Part shown: positions 34,801 through 49,475 of the stretch, piece by piece
Position numbering within the stretch: the first letter of the stretch is position 1
How the letters are laid out: the number at the start of each line of letters is the position of its first letter
Assembly: GCA_964188305.1 (NCBI GenBank)
Contig: OZ076885.1
Strand: one strand, 5' to 3'
DNA from: Podarcis bocagei
Lineage: Eukaryota
Length of the DNA stretch: 64,000 nucleotides
Notes under the pieces: model-generated
What the model was told of the DNA's origin: nothing
What the model saw: the letters and a program-made list of their open reading frames with translations, nothing else
The model's database searches: none
Position numbers and translations under genes: made by a program

Positions 34801-37800
34801 AAACCCCCATTGCAAGATGGTGGTAGTGACATTTCACATTATGTAATTGAAAGAAGAGAAACAAGCCGCTTAGTCTGGACTTTAGTTGATGGCAATGTAC
34901 AAACCCTTAGTTACAAAGTTACTAAACTTTTGGAAGGCAACGAATATATCTTCCGCATCATGGCTGTAAACAAATATGGGGTTGGGGAGCCTCTCGAATC
35001 TGAGCCTGTAATGGCTAAAAATCCATTTGTAGTGCCACTTCCACCAAAAGCCCCAGAGGTCTCGGCTGTTACCAAGGATTCTATGATTGTCGTATGGGAA
35101 AGACCACCCTCTGATGGCGGCAGTGAAATTTTGGGTTATGTACTAGAAAAACGTGATAAAGAAGGCATTCGGTGGACAAGATGTAACAAGCGTTTGATAA
35201 GTGAACTTCGATACAGAGTTACTGGACTTATAGAAAATCATAATTATGAATACAGAGTCTCGGCTGAAAATGCAGCTGGCCTCAGTGAGCCAAGCCTACC
35301 TTCTGTTTATCATAAGGCTTGTGACCCTATATACAAGCCAGGTCCTCCCAACAATCCTAAAGCAATAGATGTTACAAGATCTTCGGTTTTTCTCTCCTGG
35401 AGTAAGCCAATCTATGATGGTGGCTCAGAAATCCAAGGATACATTGTTGAAAAGTGTGATGTGAGTGTTGGGGACTGGGCAATTTGTACACCACCAACTG
35501 GAATTAAGAAAACAAATATGGAAGTAGAAAAATTGCAGGAGAAGCATGAATATAAATTCCGCATTTGTGCTGTTAACAAAGCAGGAGTAGGAGAGCATGC
35601 CGATGTTCCCGGAACTATTGTGGTCGAAGAAAAGCTGGAAGCTCCAGACCTTGATCTTGACTTGGAACTGAGGAAGGTTATCAATGTAAGAGCTGGTGGC
35701 TCCTTAAGATTATTTGTTCCAATCAGAGGACGCCCAACACCCGAAGTAAAATGGAGCAAGGTGGATGGTGACATCAGAGAGGCAGCTGTTATTGACAGCA
35801 CTAGCAGCTTTACCTCGCTGGTTCTCGACAATGTTAACAGATTTGATTCTGGAAAATACACTCTTACTTTAGAAAACAGTGGTGGAACTAAGTCTGCCTT
35901 CGTCAGTGTACGAGTCCTAGATACCCCAGGCCCCCCAGTGAACCTGAAAATTAAGGAAATCACCAAAGACTCAGTATCACTTGCCTGGGAGCCTCCTTCG
36001 ATAGACGGTGGAGCTAAAATTAAAAATTATATAATAGAAAAACGTGAAGCCACAAGGAAAGCCTATGCTGCTGTTGTAACAAACTGCCACAAGACATCGT
36101 GGAAAGTGGCTCAACTTCAGGAGGGCTGCTATTATTACTTCAGAGTTTGTGCAGAGAATGAATTTGGAATTGGCCTGCCTGCAGAAACAAGTGACCCAGT
36201 TAAAGTTGCTGAAGTTCCTCAACCTCCAGGGAAGATAACAGTGGACGATGTGACAAGAAACAGCGTTTCATTAAGCTGGGCTAAGCCTGAACATGATGGC
36301 GGAAGCAAAATTTTGCAATACATAGTGGAAATGCAAGTTAAGGGCAGCGAAAAATGGTCAGAATGTACGCGTGTGAAAGTTCTTGAAGCACTTGTTACTA
36401 ACTTATCTCAAGGACAAGATTATCTCTTCAGGGTAATGGCTGTAAATGAAAAGGGTAGGAGTGATCCACGGTCCCTTGCTGTTCCAATAACAGCCAAAGA
36501 TTTAGTTATTGAACCAGATGTACGACCAGCATTCCACAGTTACAGTATACAAGTGGGACAAGACCTAAAGGTGGAAATACCAATATCTGGTCGACCTACA
36601 CCTACTATTACTTGGACCAAAGATGGCATGCCATTAAAACAGACAACTAGAGTTAATGTCATCGATTCACCTAAACTTACTGTGCTGAGTATTAAAGAGG
36701 TCACCAAAGAAGACAGTGGGGCGTATGAAATTGCAGTTGCTAATGTTGTTGGACAGAAATCTGCAGCTGTTGAAATTATAACACTAGACAAGCCTGATCC
36801 TCCAAAAGGCCCTGTTAAATTTGATGAAATTAGTGCTGAAAGTATTACATTATCATGGAACCCTCCAGTATACACAGGTGGCTGCCAAATCACTAACTAC
36901 ATTGTTCATAAGAGGGATACAACCACCACCGTATGGGAAACAGTTTCAGCTACCGTTGCAAGAACCACTCTCAAGGTGATGAAGCTCAAAACTGGATCAG
37001 AATATCAGTTTAGAATATTTGCTGAAAATAGATACGGGCAGAGCTTTGCCCTGGAGTCTGACACAGTTGTTGCTCAGTATCCCTATAAAGAACCAGGTCC
37101 TCCTGGCACACCATTTGTGACAACAGTTACAAAGGACTCTATGGTTGTGCAATGGCATGAACCAGTAAATGATGGTGGAAGTAAAATTTTAGGTTATCAT
37201 CTTGAAAGAAAGGAAAGAAACAGCATTTTGTGGACAAAGGTAAACAAGACAGTTATTCAAGACACACATTACAAAACATCTAACCTTGAAGAAGGCATTG
37301 AATATGAATTTAGAGTAGCTGCAGAAAATATTGTTGGTGTTGGCAAAGCAAGCAAAGCTTCTGAGTGTTACGTAGCGCGTGACCCTTGTGATCCTCCAGG
37401 ATGCCCTGAAGCTATTATTGTTAAAAGAAGTTCAATTACTCTGCAATGGACAAAGCCAGAATATGATGGTGGCAGCAAAATTACAGGCTACGTAGTAGAG
37501 AAACGTGATTTGCCTGAAGGTCGTTGGATGAAAGCAAGTTTCACCAATATAACTGAAACTCAGTTTACCGTAACAGGCCTTACTGAAGACCAACGATATG
37601 AATTTAGAGTCATTGCAAGGAACGCCGCTGGAGCAGTAAGCAAGCCATCTGATAGTACAGGACCGATAACAGCAAAAGATGAAGTTGAGCTTCCAAGAAT
37701 ATCCATGGATCCCAAATACAAAGATGCAATTGTTGTAAACGCTGGAGAAACATTCAAACTTGAGGCTGATGTCCATGGGAAGCCAATTCCCACTATTCTG

Positions 37801-40800
37801 TGGTTGAAAGGAGATAAAGTACTTGAAGATACTGCCCGATGTGAAGTAAGGAATACAGACTTTAAGGCCTTGATAACTGTTAAAGATGCCATACGTGTTG
37901 ATGGTGGGCAATATATTTTGCAGGCCTCTAATGTTGCAGGAACAAAATCAGTACCAATAACAGTAAAAGTACTGGACAGACCAGGACCTCCAGAGAGTAT
38001 TCAAGTTTCTGGAGTTACTGCTGACAAGTGTTCCTTAACATGGGCGCAACCGATCCATGATGGTGGCAGTGACATTTCTCACTACATAATTGAGAAGAGA
38101 GAAACAAGTCGCCTTGCGTGGACAGTTGTTGCTTCAGATGCTGTAGCCACAATGCTGAAAGTAACAAAACTTCTGGAAGGAAATGAGTATATCTTCCGCA
38201 TAATGGCAGTTAATAAATATGGAGTTGGGGAGCCTCTGGAGTCTGCACCAGTATTAATGAAAAATCCATTTGTTGTTCCTGGTCCACCAAAATCCATTGA
38301 AGTAACCAACGTTACAAAGGATTCCATGACCGTCTGCTGGCATCGTCCAGATAGTGATGGTGGCAGTGAAATAGTTAACTACATTGTCGAAAAAAGGGAC
38401 AGAGCTGGTATCAGATGGGTGAAATGTAACAAACGCCGAATTACAGACCTGCGATTAAGAGTCACAGGATTAGCAGAAGATCATGAGTATGAATTTAGAG
38501 TATCCGCTGAAAATGCTGCTGGAGTTGGTGAGCCAAGCCAAATCACTCCCTTTTGGAAAGCATGTGACCCTATGTTCAAACCTGGCCCACCCACTAATGC
38601 CCATGCTGTGGATACTACCAAGAATTCAATTACAGTAGCATGGGGTAAGCCTATTTATGATGGCGGTAGTGAAATCCTGGGATATATTGTAGAAATCTGC
38701 AAAGCGGATGAAGAAGAATGGACAATAGTTACCCCACAGACTGGTCTGAGAGTCAATCGCTTTGAGATCAAGAAACTCATTGAACATCAAGAATACAAAC
38801 TTAGAGTTTGTGCTCTTAACAAAATTGGAGTAGGTGAAGCTGCAGCAGTTCCTGGCACAGTTAAACCAGAAGATAAACTTGAGCCACCTGAACTTGATAT
38901 TGACTCAGAATTAAGGAAGGGAATTGTGGTTAGAGCTGGTGGATCTGTCAGGATAAACATACCTTTCAAAGGACGCCCAACTCCTGAAATCATGTGGTCT
39001 CGAGAAGAAGGAGAATTTACAGATAAGGTTCAAATTGAAAAGGGCCTGAATTACACACAGTTATCCATTGATTACTGTGATAGAAATGATGCCGGAAAAT
39101 ATATCCTTAAACTGGAGAACAGCAGTGGCTCTAAGTCTGCATTTGTCACAGTTAAGGTACTTGACACACCGGGACCACCGCAAAATTTAGTAGTCAAAGA
39201 AATAAGGAAAAATTATGCTGTACTGACGTGGGAGCCTCCAGCTAATGATGGTGGGGCAAAGATAAAGAACTATGTGATTGATAAACGCGAATCAACCAGA
39301 AAAGCATATGCAAATGTGAGCACAAAGTGCAGCAAAACAAGTTTTAGAGTTGACAACCTTATTGAAGGGGCAATTTATTATTTCAGAGTAATGGCTGAAA
39401 ATGAATATGGAATTGGTGTTCCAGTTGAAACTGCAGATGCCTCAAAAGCTTCAGAACCACCTTTGCCTCCTGGAAAAGTGACTCTCACTGATGTGACTCA
39501 GAGAAGCGCATCATTTATGTGGGAAAAGCCTGAACATGATGGAGGTAGCAGAATTGTGGGGTACGTTGTTGAAATGCAGCCAAAAGGAACTGATAAATGG
39601 AGTGTTGTTACTGAAACCAAAGTCTGCAATGCAGTTGTGTCTGGTTTGAGTTCTGGACATGAATATCAATTCCGTGTCATGGCATACAATGAAAAAGGCA
39701 AAAGTGACCCTAGACCACTGGCAGTTCCTGTGATTGCCAAAGATCTGACCATTCAGCCAAATATCAAACTGATGTTCAATACATACACTGTACAAGCTGG
39801 AGAAGACCTGAAAGTAGAAATACCCTTTATAGCTCGACCAAAGCCTACTATCACTTGGGAAAAAGATGGTCAGCCTCTAAGACAGACGACCAGGTTACAC
39901 GTTGAAGATACACCTACATCAACTACTTTGTATATTAAAGAAAGCAACAAGGATGATTTCGGTAAATATACTGTGACAGTAACCAACACTGCAGGCACAG
40001 CAGCAGAACATCTTAATATCATTGTGCTAGAGAAGCCTGGCCCACCACAAGGACCTGTCCGCTTTGATGAAGTTAGCTCGAATTTTGTTGTTCTGTCATG
40101 GGAACCACCAGCATACACAGGTGGCTGTCAAATATCCAATTACATTGTAGAGAAGCGTGACACTACTACCACTACCTGGCAGATGGTCTCAGCGACTGTT
40201 GCAAGAACAACTATTAAAGTAACAAACCTTAAAACGGGTAGTGAATATCAGTTTAGAATTAGTGCTGAAAACCGATACGGAAAGAGCACCGCACTGGATT
40301 CTAAACCAGTTCTTGTTCAATATCCCTACAAAGAACCAGGTCCACCAGGAACACCATTTGTCAGCATAGCTACCAAAGATCATATGATAGTACAATGGAA
40401 TGAACCAGTTAATGATGGAGGAAGCAAAGTTCTTGGTTATCATCTAGAACGTAAAGATAAAAACAGCATTCTTTGGACAAAATTGAATAAGGCCCTCATT
40501 CAGGACACAAAATATAAATCAGATGGCCTTGAGGAAGGTCTTGAATATGAATTCAGAGTTGCTGCTGAAAACATTGTTGGCATAGGTAAGGTTAGCAAAT
40601 CATCTGAACTGTATGTTGCTCGAGATGCTTGCGATCCCCCTGGCCGTCCAGATGCCATTGTTATCACAAGAAATTATATAACACTAAAATGGAAAAAACC
40701 TGAATATGATGGTGGCAGCAGAATAACTGGATATGTTGTGGAAAAGAGAGAACTTCCTGAAGGTCGTTGGATGAAAGCCAGTTTTACAAATGTAACAGAA

Positions 40801-43800
40801 ACAGAGTTCACAGTAACTGGTCTTGTGGAAGACCAACGATATGAATTCAGAGTAATTGCAAGAAATGCAGCTGGTAGCATAAGTGAACCATCTGAAAGCA
40901 CAGGACCAATTATTGCCAGAGATGAAATTGAAGCTCCAAGAGCTTCACTGGATCCAAAATACAAAGATGTCATTGTTGTTCATGCTGGAGAAACATTTGC
41001 TCTTGAGGCTGACATCCATGGCAAACCCATTCCTGATATTATATGGTCGAAAGATGGAAAAGAATTTGAAGGAGCAACTGCAAGAATGGAAATTAAGTCT
41101 ACCATTGAGAGAACAACCCTCACAGTCAAAGATTGCATCAGAGTGGATGGAGGCATTTATACACTTAAACTGAGCAATGTTGGTGGCACAAAGTCTATAC
41201 CAATCACTGTAAAAGTACTTGACAGACCTGGACCTCCAGAAGGTCCTTTGAAAGTTACAGGTGTGACTGCAGAAAAGTGTTATCTGGCATGGGGACCACC
41301 TTTACACGATGGTGGCTCTAACATTTCACATTATATTATAGAAAAGAGAGAGACAAGTCGACTTTCATGGACACAAGTGGCATCTGATGTGCAAGCTCTG
41401 AACCACAAAGTAACCAGGCTTCTTCCAAACAATGAGTACATTTTCCGTGTAATGGCTGTCAACAAATATGGAATTGGTGAACCACTGGAATCCGAGCCTG
41501 TGTTGGCATGTAATCCATACAAACCTCCAGGCCCTCCTTCAATACCTGAAGTTTCTGCAATCACAAAAGATTCTATGATTGTAACCTGGGGTCGTCCAGA
41601 GGATAATGGTGGTGCTGAAATTGAAGGGTACATACTAGAAAAGCGAGACAAAGATGGTATTCGGTGGACCAAGTGCAATAAGAAGAGACTAACAGACTTA
41701 AGACTCAGAGTAACTGGACTTACAGATGGCCATTTCTATGAATTTAGGGTTTCTGCTGAAAATGCTGCTGGTGTTGGTGAACCTAGTGAACCATCAGTTT
41801 TCTATCGAGCCTGTGATGCAGTGTATCCACCAGGCCCTCCAAGCAATCCGAAGGTGACAGATACCTCCAGATCATCTGTGTCCCTTGCATGGAACAAGCC
41901 CATTTACGATGGTGGTGCACCTGTTAAAGGATACATTGTGGAATTTAAAGAAGCTACTGCTGATGAATGGACAACTTGCACACCTCCATCAGGTTTACAA
42001 GGAAAGCAATTCACAGTAGAAAAACTTAAAGAGAATAGTGAGTATAATTTCCGCATCTGTGCTATGAACTCTGAAGGAGTTGGAGAACCAGCAACTATAC
42101 CTGGTAGTGTTGTTGCTGCTGAAAAAATTGAACCTCCTGAAATTGAACTTGATGCAGATCTCAGAAAAGTTGTCACCGTACGTGCTAGTGGCACATTGCG
42201 ATTGTTTGTCACTATCAAAGGGAGGCCAGAGCCAGAAGTAAAGTGGGAGAAAGCAGAAGGCACTCTGAGCGACAGAGCCCAGATTGAGGCTACCAGTTCA
42301 TATACAATGTTGGTCATTGATAATGTAAACAGATTTGACAGTGGTAGATATAACCTGACCTTAGAAAACAATAGTGGCAAAAAATCTGCTTTCGTTAACG
42401 TGAGAGTGCTTGATACACCAAGTGCACCTGTGAACTTGAACATCAGAGAAGTGAAGAAAGATTCAGTGACATTAGCTTGGGAGCCCCCACTTATTGATGG
42501 TGGTGCTAAAATTACAAATTACATCATTGAAAAACGAGAAACCACAAGAAAGGCATATGCCACTATTACAAATAACTGTGCCAAGAATGTCTTCAGAATT
42601 GATCAGCTACAGGAAGGATGTAGTTACTACTTCCGTGTCTTGGCGGCAAATGAATATGGAGTTGGTTTGCCAGCAGAAACAACTGAACCAGTTAAGGCTT
42701 CTGAACCACCCTATCCACCTGGAAAAGTTACCCTTGTTGATGTTACACGCCACACTGCTACTATTAAATGGGAGAAACCTGAGAGTGATGGTGGCAGTAA
42801 AATAACTGGCTATGTAGTAGAAATGCAAACTAAAGGAAGTGAAAAATGGAGCACCTGCACACAAGTTAAAACATTAGAAGCAACAGTATCAGGATTAAGT
42901 ATGGGAGAAGAATACACTTTCCGAGTATGTGCTGTCAACGAAAAAGGGAAGAGTGATCCAAGACAGCTTGGGGTTCCAGTAGTTGCGAAGGATATTGAAA
43001 TCCAGCCTTCAGTTGAGCTCCTTTTCAACACTTTCAGTGTTAAAGCTGGTGAAGATCTTAAGATTGATGTGCCCATCAGAGGAAGGCCAGTTCCATCAGT
43101 TAGCTGGAAGAAGGATGGACTGCCTTTAAGAGAGACAACAAGGGTAAATGTCCACACATCAAAGACATCAACCTCACTAACAATCAAGGAAGCATTGAAA
43201 GAAGATGTAGGGAGTTATGAATTAAATGTTTCAAACAGTGCTGGCTCTACAACAGCTTCCATTACTGTAATTGTACTGGACAAGCCAGGACCTCCAACAG
43301 CATTGCATATTGACAATGTCAGCAATGATAATGTAACCATATCTTGGAAACCCCCGGAGTATGATGGTGGATGTCAAATTAATAATTATATTGTGGAGAA
43401 GAGAGAAACAACTACTACAACATGGAGTATAGTGTCTGCAGCAGTTGCACGAACTTCGATAAAAATAATTCGCTTAACCACAGGATCAGAATATCAATTC
43501 CGTGTTTCTGCAGAAAATCGCTATGGCAGGAGCACCTTCGTTGAAACTGCACCTGTTGTTGCAGAGTATCCATTTAGTCTTCCTGGACCACCTGGTACTC
43601 CCCGAGTAACACACGCAACTAAAGCCTTCATGGTTGTAACCTGGCAAGAGCCAGTTAATGACGGAGGTAGCAGAGTACTTGGTTATCACCTTGAGCGTAA
43701 AGAAAGAAGCAGCATCCTTTGGACTAAAGTAAATAAAACCCTTATAAGTGACACACAGATGAAGGTCACAGGCCTTGATGAAGGACTAATGTATGAATAT

Positions 43801-45940
43801 CGTGTGTATGCAGAAAACATTGTAGGAATAGGTAAATGTAGCAAATCATGTGAGCCTGTTGCTGCAAGGGACCCATGTGATCCTCCTGGCCAACCAGAAG
43901 TGACTAACATTACAAGAACATGTGTCTCACTCAAATGGACCAAACCAGAATATGATGGTGGTGCTAAGATCACAGGCTATATTATAGAGCGGAAAGAGTT
44001 ACCAGATGGTCGTTGGCTGAAGTGCAACTTCACCAATGTGCAAGAAACTTTCTTTGATGTAACAGGACTTACTGAAGACCAGCGATACGAATTCCATGTA
44101 ATTGCAAGGAATGCTGCTGGACTATTTAGTGAGCCATCTGAATCAACTGGGCCAGTGACTGTAAAGGATGATGTTGAGGCTCCAAGAATTATGATGGATG
44201 TCAAATTCAGGGATGTTGTTGTTGTTAAAGCTGGAGAGATCTTGAAAATCAATGCCGATATTGCAGGGCGACCCTTACCAGTAGTTTCATGGACAAAGGA
44301 TGGCAAAGACATTGAAGAGAAAGCAAGAGTTGAAATTGTTTCAACTGATAGCACTACTGCAATAACTGTCAAAGACTGCATTCGACGTGATTCAGGGCAA
44401 TATGTGCTAACATTACAAAATGTTGCTGGAGTTAGATCATTGGCTGTCAATTGCAAAGTACTTGATAGACCTGGTCCACCAGCAGCCCCACTAGAAATCA
44501 AAGGACTTACTGCTGAAAAATGTCATCTGTCATGGGGACCGCCTCAAGAAAATGGAGGTGCAGAGATTGACTATTATATTGTGGAAAAGCGTGAGACCAG
44601 TAGAATTGCATGGACTATTTGTGAAGCAGAGCATCCAACAACATCCTGCAAAGTGACAAAACTACTTAGAGGAAATGAATACATCTTCAGAGTCATGGGG
44701 GTTAACAAGTATGGTGTTGGTGAGCCTTTGGAAAGTGAAGCTGTCAAGGCCCTTGATCCATTTACTGTTCCAAGCCCACCTACATCTTTAGAGATTACTA
44801 GTGTGACAAAGGAGTCCATGACTATTTGCTGGGCAAGACCTGACAGTGATGGAGGTAATGAAATTTCTGGATATGTGATTGAAAGGCGTGAGAAAAACAG
44901 CTTGAGGTGGATACGTGTGAACAAAAAGCCCGTTTTTGATCTAAGGGTAAAATCTTCAGGCCTTCGGCAAGGATGTGAATATGAATATCGGGTATTTGCA
45001 GAAAACGCTGCAGGTCTTAGTCTTCCTAGTGATACTTCACCACTCATTAAAGCAGAAGATCCTGTTTTCCTTCCATCACCTCCATCTAGGCCTAAGATTG
45101 TGGACTCTACAAGGTCACATATAACAATTGGATGGACAAAGCCATTATTTGATGGTGGTGCTCCTGTTACTGGATACACAGTTGAATACAAGCTAACCAG
45201 TGAAACTGATTGGTCAACTGCTATTCAAAGCTTAAGAGGTACAGAATACACTGTAATCGGTCTTACATCAGGAGCTGAATATGTTTTCAGAGTAAAGTCT
45301 ATCAACAAGGTTGGCACTAGTGATCCAAGTGATGTTTCAGAACCTCAGGTGGCAAAAGAAAGGGAAGAAGAGCCTGCATTTGATATTGACAATGAAATGA
45401 GAAAGACTTTAGTCGTGAAAGCTGGTGGCTCATTTACAATGACTGTACCTTTCAGAGGAAAGCCTATCCCTAATGTAATGTGGAGCAAGCCAGATACTGA
45501 CCTTCGTACTCGAGCAAGTATTGATACTTCAGATAACCGCACCTCAATTACTGTTGAAAAAGCAACCAGGAATGACTCTGGAAAGTATACACTAACATTG
45601 CAAAATATTGTAAGCACAGCTACTTTGACATTAGTTGTCAAAGTGCTTGACTCACCGGGACCTCCATCTAATATCGTTGTAAAAGATGTCACAAAAGAAT
45701 CAGCCGTGTTATCTTGGGAAGCTCCTGAGAACGATGGAGGTGCTCCTGTGAAGAACTATTATATTGAAAAACGAGAAGCAAGCAAGAAAGCTTGGGTCAC
45801 TGTAACCAACAATTGCCATCGTCTTTCCTACAAAGTTACCAATCTGCAAGAAGGTGGAATTTATTACTTCAGAGTCTCTGGAGAAAATGAGTTTGGTGTT
45901 GGAGTCCCAACGGAAACAAAGGATGGAGTGAAAATAACAG
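28838..45940 (+). CDS. TTN: TTN giant exon (human exon 326 equivalent), 17,103 nt, about 58 domains: last Fn3 of C2, C3-C7, first Ig+Fn3 of C8
   Basis: tatag|ATCCA; AACAG|gtttgt; uninterrupted frame (5670-aa ORF); super-repeat starts at 29143, 32395, 35641, 38884, 42133, 45370. Confidence 0.97.
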
Positions 45941-46164
45941 GTTTGTTCTTTAAAATATGTTAATTATATATACATGTGAGTGCATGACTATCTACCCATG
46001 CATACACATGCACACTAATTGTTTACAGGACTTTAGTCTTAATGTGTAATGTTTATATTACTGTTATTAATTTATTGTAAGGCAGTAATCAAAATTTTAG
46101 GTGTCTTGAAAACACCTAATAACTCTAATAATATTTTAATATAGGCATGCAAGATAAAACTTCA

Positions 46165-46295
46165 CTATTTAGGGAAGTTTTTGATGTTTAATGCTGTGTT
46201 GTGTTTTTAATATACGATTGGGAGCCGCACAGAGTGGCTGTGGAAACCCAGCCAGATGGGCGGGGTATAAATTATTATTAGTATTAGTATTATTT
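46165..46295 (+). mobile_element. L2 3' end (sense orientation)
   Basis: tttagggaagtttttgatgtttaa...gagccgcacagagtggctg...cccagccagatgggcggggtataaattattatta is the reverse complement of the L2 tail at 25330-25437. Confidence 0.85.
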
Positions 46296-46428
46296 AAATG
46301 TACAGCTTTCCTGTGGAAAATATGTGCTTGCTGAATACATTAAAATTAAGTGGAATGCATATGACACATTTGCTCTCGATTCATCTTCTATTTATTCATT
46401 TCTTGATCATCTTCTCTTTATTTTTCAG

Positions 46429-46725
46429 AAAAACCAAGCCCACCCGAAAAACTGGGAGTATCAAACGTTACTAAAGATAGTGTATCTCTTGTGTGGCTAA
46501 AGCCAGAACATGATGGAGGAAGCAGAGTTGTCGGCTACCTTGTTGAAGCCCTAGAGAAAGGGCAGCAGAAATGGGTCAGATGTGCTGTAGTCAAGACAAC
46601 TCATCATATTGTCCAGGGTCTCAAGGAGAATGCGGAGTACTTTTTTAGAGTATTTGCTGAAAACCAAGCAGGTCTAAGTGACCCCAAAGAGCTTCTTCAT
46701 GCCGTTACAGTTAAAGAACAACTAG
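46429..46725 (+). CDS. TTN: TTN exon ~327, Fn3
   Basis: ttcag|AAAAA; ACTAG|gtatgt; 297 nt. Confidence 0.93.
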
Positions 46726-47030
46726 GTATGTGGAAATGGTGCATTCTTCTTGGAATCACCTCGGTGACACTGATGGCAATTTGGCATCTGCTAAAAACAG
46801 GTCATAATAACATGTCTACTTTGATCTAAAGTTGACTGGTATTTTACTTATTCTTTAAGTTTTTATGTAATTTTAATGTGTATACTGCCTTGTGATGTTT
46901 ACATGAAAGGTGGTATAAAAATAGTTTTAATTAATAAATAATAAATAGTTAGCATAGAGCTCATACAAATTCAGATGAAAATGCACTTGAAAACCATTGT
47001 TTATAACATTTTGCAAATGTATTTTTTCAG

Positions 47031-47618
47031 AATCTCCTGAAGTCGACATGAAAGGTTTCCCGAACCACACCGTTTATGTAAGAGCAGGTTCAAACCTAAA
47101 AGTAGAGATTCCAGTTTCTGGAAGACCATTGCCGAAGGTGACTTTATCCAGGGACGGCATTCCTCTGAAACCAACGATGAGGTTTAACACTGAAACCACA
47201 GCTGAAAGTGTCATCGTTAATCTCAAAGAAAGTGTGGCTACTGATTCTGGTAGATATGACATCACAGCTTCCAACTCCAGTGGAACTACTAAATCTTTCC
47301 TTAAGATTGTTGTCCTAGACAGACCAGGCCCTCCAGTTGGTCCTGTTGTTGTAAGTGATATCACTGAACAAGGTCTTACCCTTAAGTGGGAGCCACCTCG
47401 TTATGATGGCGGAAGTCAAGTTACCAACTACATTGTGCTGAAAAGAGAAACAAGCACTGCTGTGTGGTCTGAAGTGTCTGCAACTGTTGCTAGAAACATG
47501 ATTAAGATCACGAAACTAACAACAGGAGAAGAATATCAATTCCGTATTAAAGCAGAAAATCGCTTTGGCATAAGTGACCATATTGACTCAGCATGTATAA
47601 CTGTGAAGCTTCCTTACA
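47031..47618 (+). CDS. TTN: TTN exon ~328, Ig + Fn3
   Basis: ttcag|AATCT; TTACA|gtaagt; 588 nt. Confidence 0.93.
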
Positions 47619-47702
47619 GTAAGTGACTTTTTGTTTGCTCATTTTCTGAGTTTTTCAGGCATGTATTTGTGATTTATTAACCTGTACTTAATATTCATTT
47701 AG

Positions 47703-48005
47703 CACCCCCTGGACCACCTTCCACACCATGGATCACCAACGTGACTCGAGAAAGCATCGTTGTTGGATGGCATGAACCTGTTTCCAATGGAGGCAGTGCA
47801 GTCATTGGCTACCATTTGGAAATGAAGGACAGGAACAGTATTTTATGGAAGAAAGCTAACAAAACGATTATACGCACAACTCACTTCAAGGCCTCCAATA
47901 TCACCGCCGGTCTCATTTATGAGTTCAGAGTGTATGCAGAAAATGCAGCTGGTATTGGAAAAGCAAGCCATCCATCTGATGCAGTTCTTGCTATAGATGC
48001 CTGTG
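47703..48005 (+). CDS. TTN: TTN exon ~329, Fn3
   Basis: tttag|CACCC; CTGTG|gtatgt; 303 nt. Confidence 0.93.
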
Positions 48006-48133
48006 GTATGTAGTCTGTAGTAAAGGATAAGAATCATATTTCATATAATGAATTTAATAGAAAATATTTATTTGGTGAGTCATTGTTGAATGAACACATT
48101 AATTCCAAATGTTGTTGCTGTTTCATACTGCAG

Positions 48134-48430
48134 AGCCGCCAAGAACCCTTCGTGTCAAAGATATTTCCAAAACATTTGTCAATCTTTCTTGGACACAGCC
48201 AGCTTTTGATGGTGGCAGCAAAATTACTGGATATATTGTTGAGAAACGTGATCTTCCAAATGGAAGATGGACAAAAGCAAGCTTCACTAATGTCATTGAG
48301 ACTAATTTCACTGTATCAGGATTGACTCAAAACTCCCAATATGAATTCCGTGTTTTTGCTAAGAATGCTGCTGGTTCAATTAGCAATCCATCTGATGTTT
48401 TAGGCCCTATAACATGCGTGGATACATATG
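48134..48430 (+). CDS. TTN: TTN exon ~330, Fn3
   Basis: tgcag|AGCCG; ATATG|gtaagt; 297 nt. Confidence 0.93.
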
Positions 48431-48682
48431 GTAAGTAATTAATAACGCATAACCACTGATATCCAGTTATATGTTTGAGTTTAAGGTAAATACTGTTAAC
48501 AGAAATTCTAATTTGAATTCAGGGGCCTTAGCTGGGCAGCACAGTACAGTTTCAAGCTTGCCTTTCACTATCAGAGGATACTAGGAAATTATTATTTGGC
48601 ACTGAATGCTGCTTTGTTATCAATCTTTCTGAGAATTTCAAAAATGTTAATATATTTTCTATTCCGCTTCTTTTTCATTAAG

Positions 48683-48970
48683 GTGCACCTGAAATTGATG
48701 TACCCCCAGAATATACAGAAGTAGTCAAATACAAAGCAGACACAGCAATTAAACTGAAACTTGGCATCTCAGGAAAGCCTGTGCCTACAATTGAGTGGTT
48801 CCACAATGGTAAAGAAATACATACCAGTGCCCAGGTATCCATTGAAAACACCACAGAATCTTCAGCTATACTGATCAAAGAAGCAACCCGTATTAACAGT
48901 GGAAGTTACGAACTGAAATTAAAGAATGCCATGGGTTCTGCATCTGCCACCATTAGGGTACAGATACTTG
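48683..48970 (+). CDS. TTN: TTN exon ~331, Ig
   Basis: ttaag|GTGCA; ACTTG|gtatgt; 288 nt. Confidence 0.93.
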
Positions 48971-49071
48971 GTATGTTTGGAGCATTTTCATATTATTTTC
49001 TTCTGTCAATTCAACTAGCTGTATCCATTATTGCCTATTTAAAATATATAATTTTCTTGCATATTAAACAG

Positions 49072-49371
49072 ATAAACCAGGACCACCAGGTGGACCTATC
49101 CATTTCAAAACTGTCACCGCAGAAAAGATTACCCTTATGTGGCAACCGCCAGCAGATGATGGAGGTGCTGCTGTAACACATTACATTGTTGAGAAACGTG
49201 AGACAAGCCGTGTGGTATGGTCTGTGGTTTCAGAGAAACTTGAAGAATGCATTGTCACTACCACAAAAGTCATAAAAGGAAATGAATATATATTCCGTGT
49301 ACGAGGCGTAAACAAATTTGGTGTTGGTGAACCGCTGGAATCTGACACTGTCATAGCTAAAAATGCATTTG
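49072..49371 (+). CDS. TTN: TTN exon ~332, Fn3
   Basis: aacag|ATAAA; ATTTG|gtaagt; 300 nt. Confidence 0.93.
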
Positions 49372-49475
49372 GTAAGTTAAAGCAGATGGCCATTAATACC
49401 TTTTTTATTATCTCTAGGTGATTACCTATTAGTTTATATTGACCTAATGTTATTTTTGTTTCAATAAAAATGCAG

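Noticed and set aside
28838-45940. Regular recurrence of gatggtgg and ttccgtgt motifs resembling an array
   Set aside because: These are codons for the conserved Fn3 motifs DGG and FRV, not CRISPR or satellite DNA.
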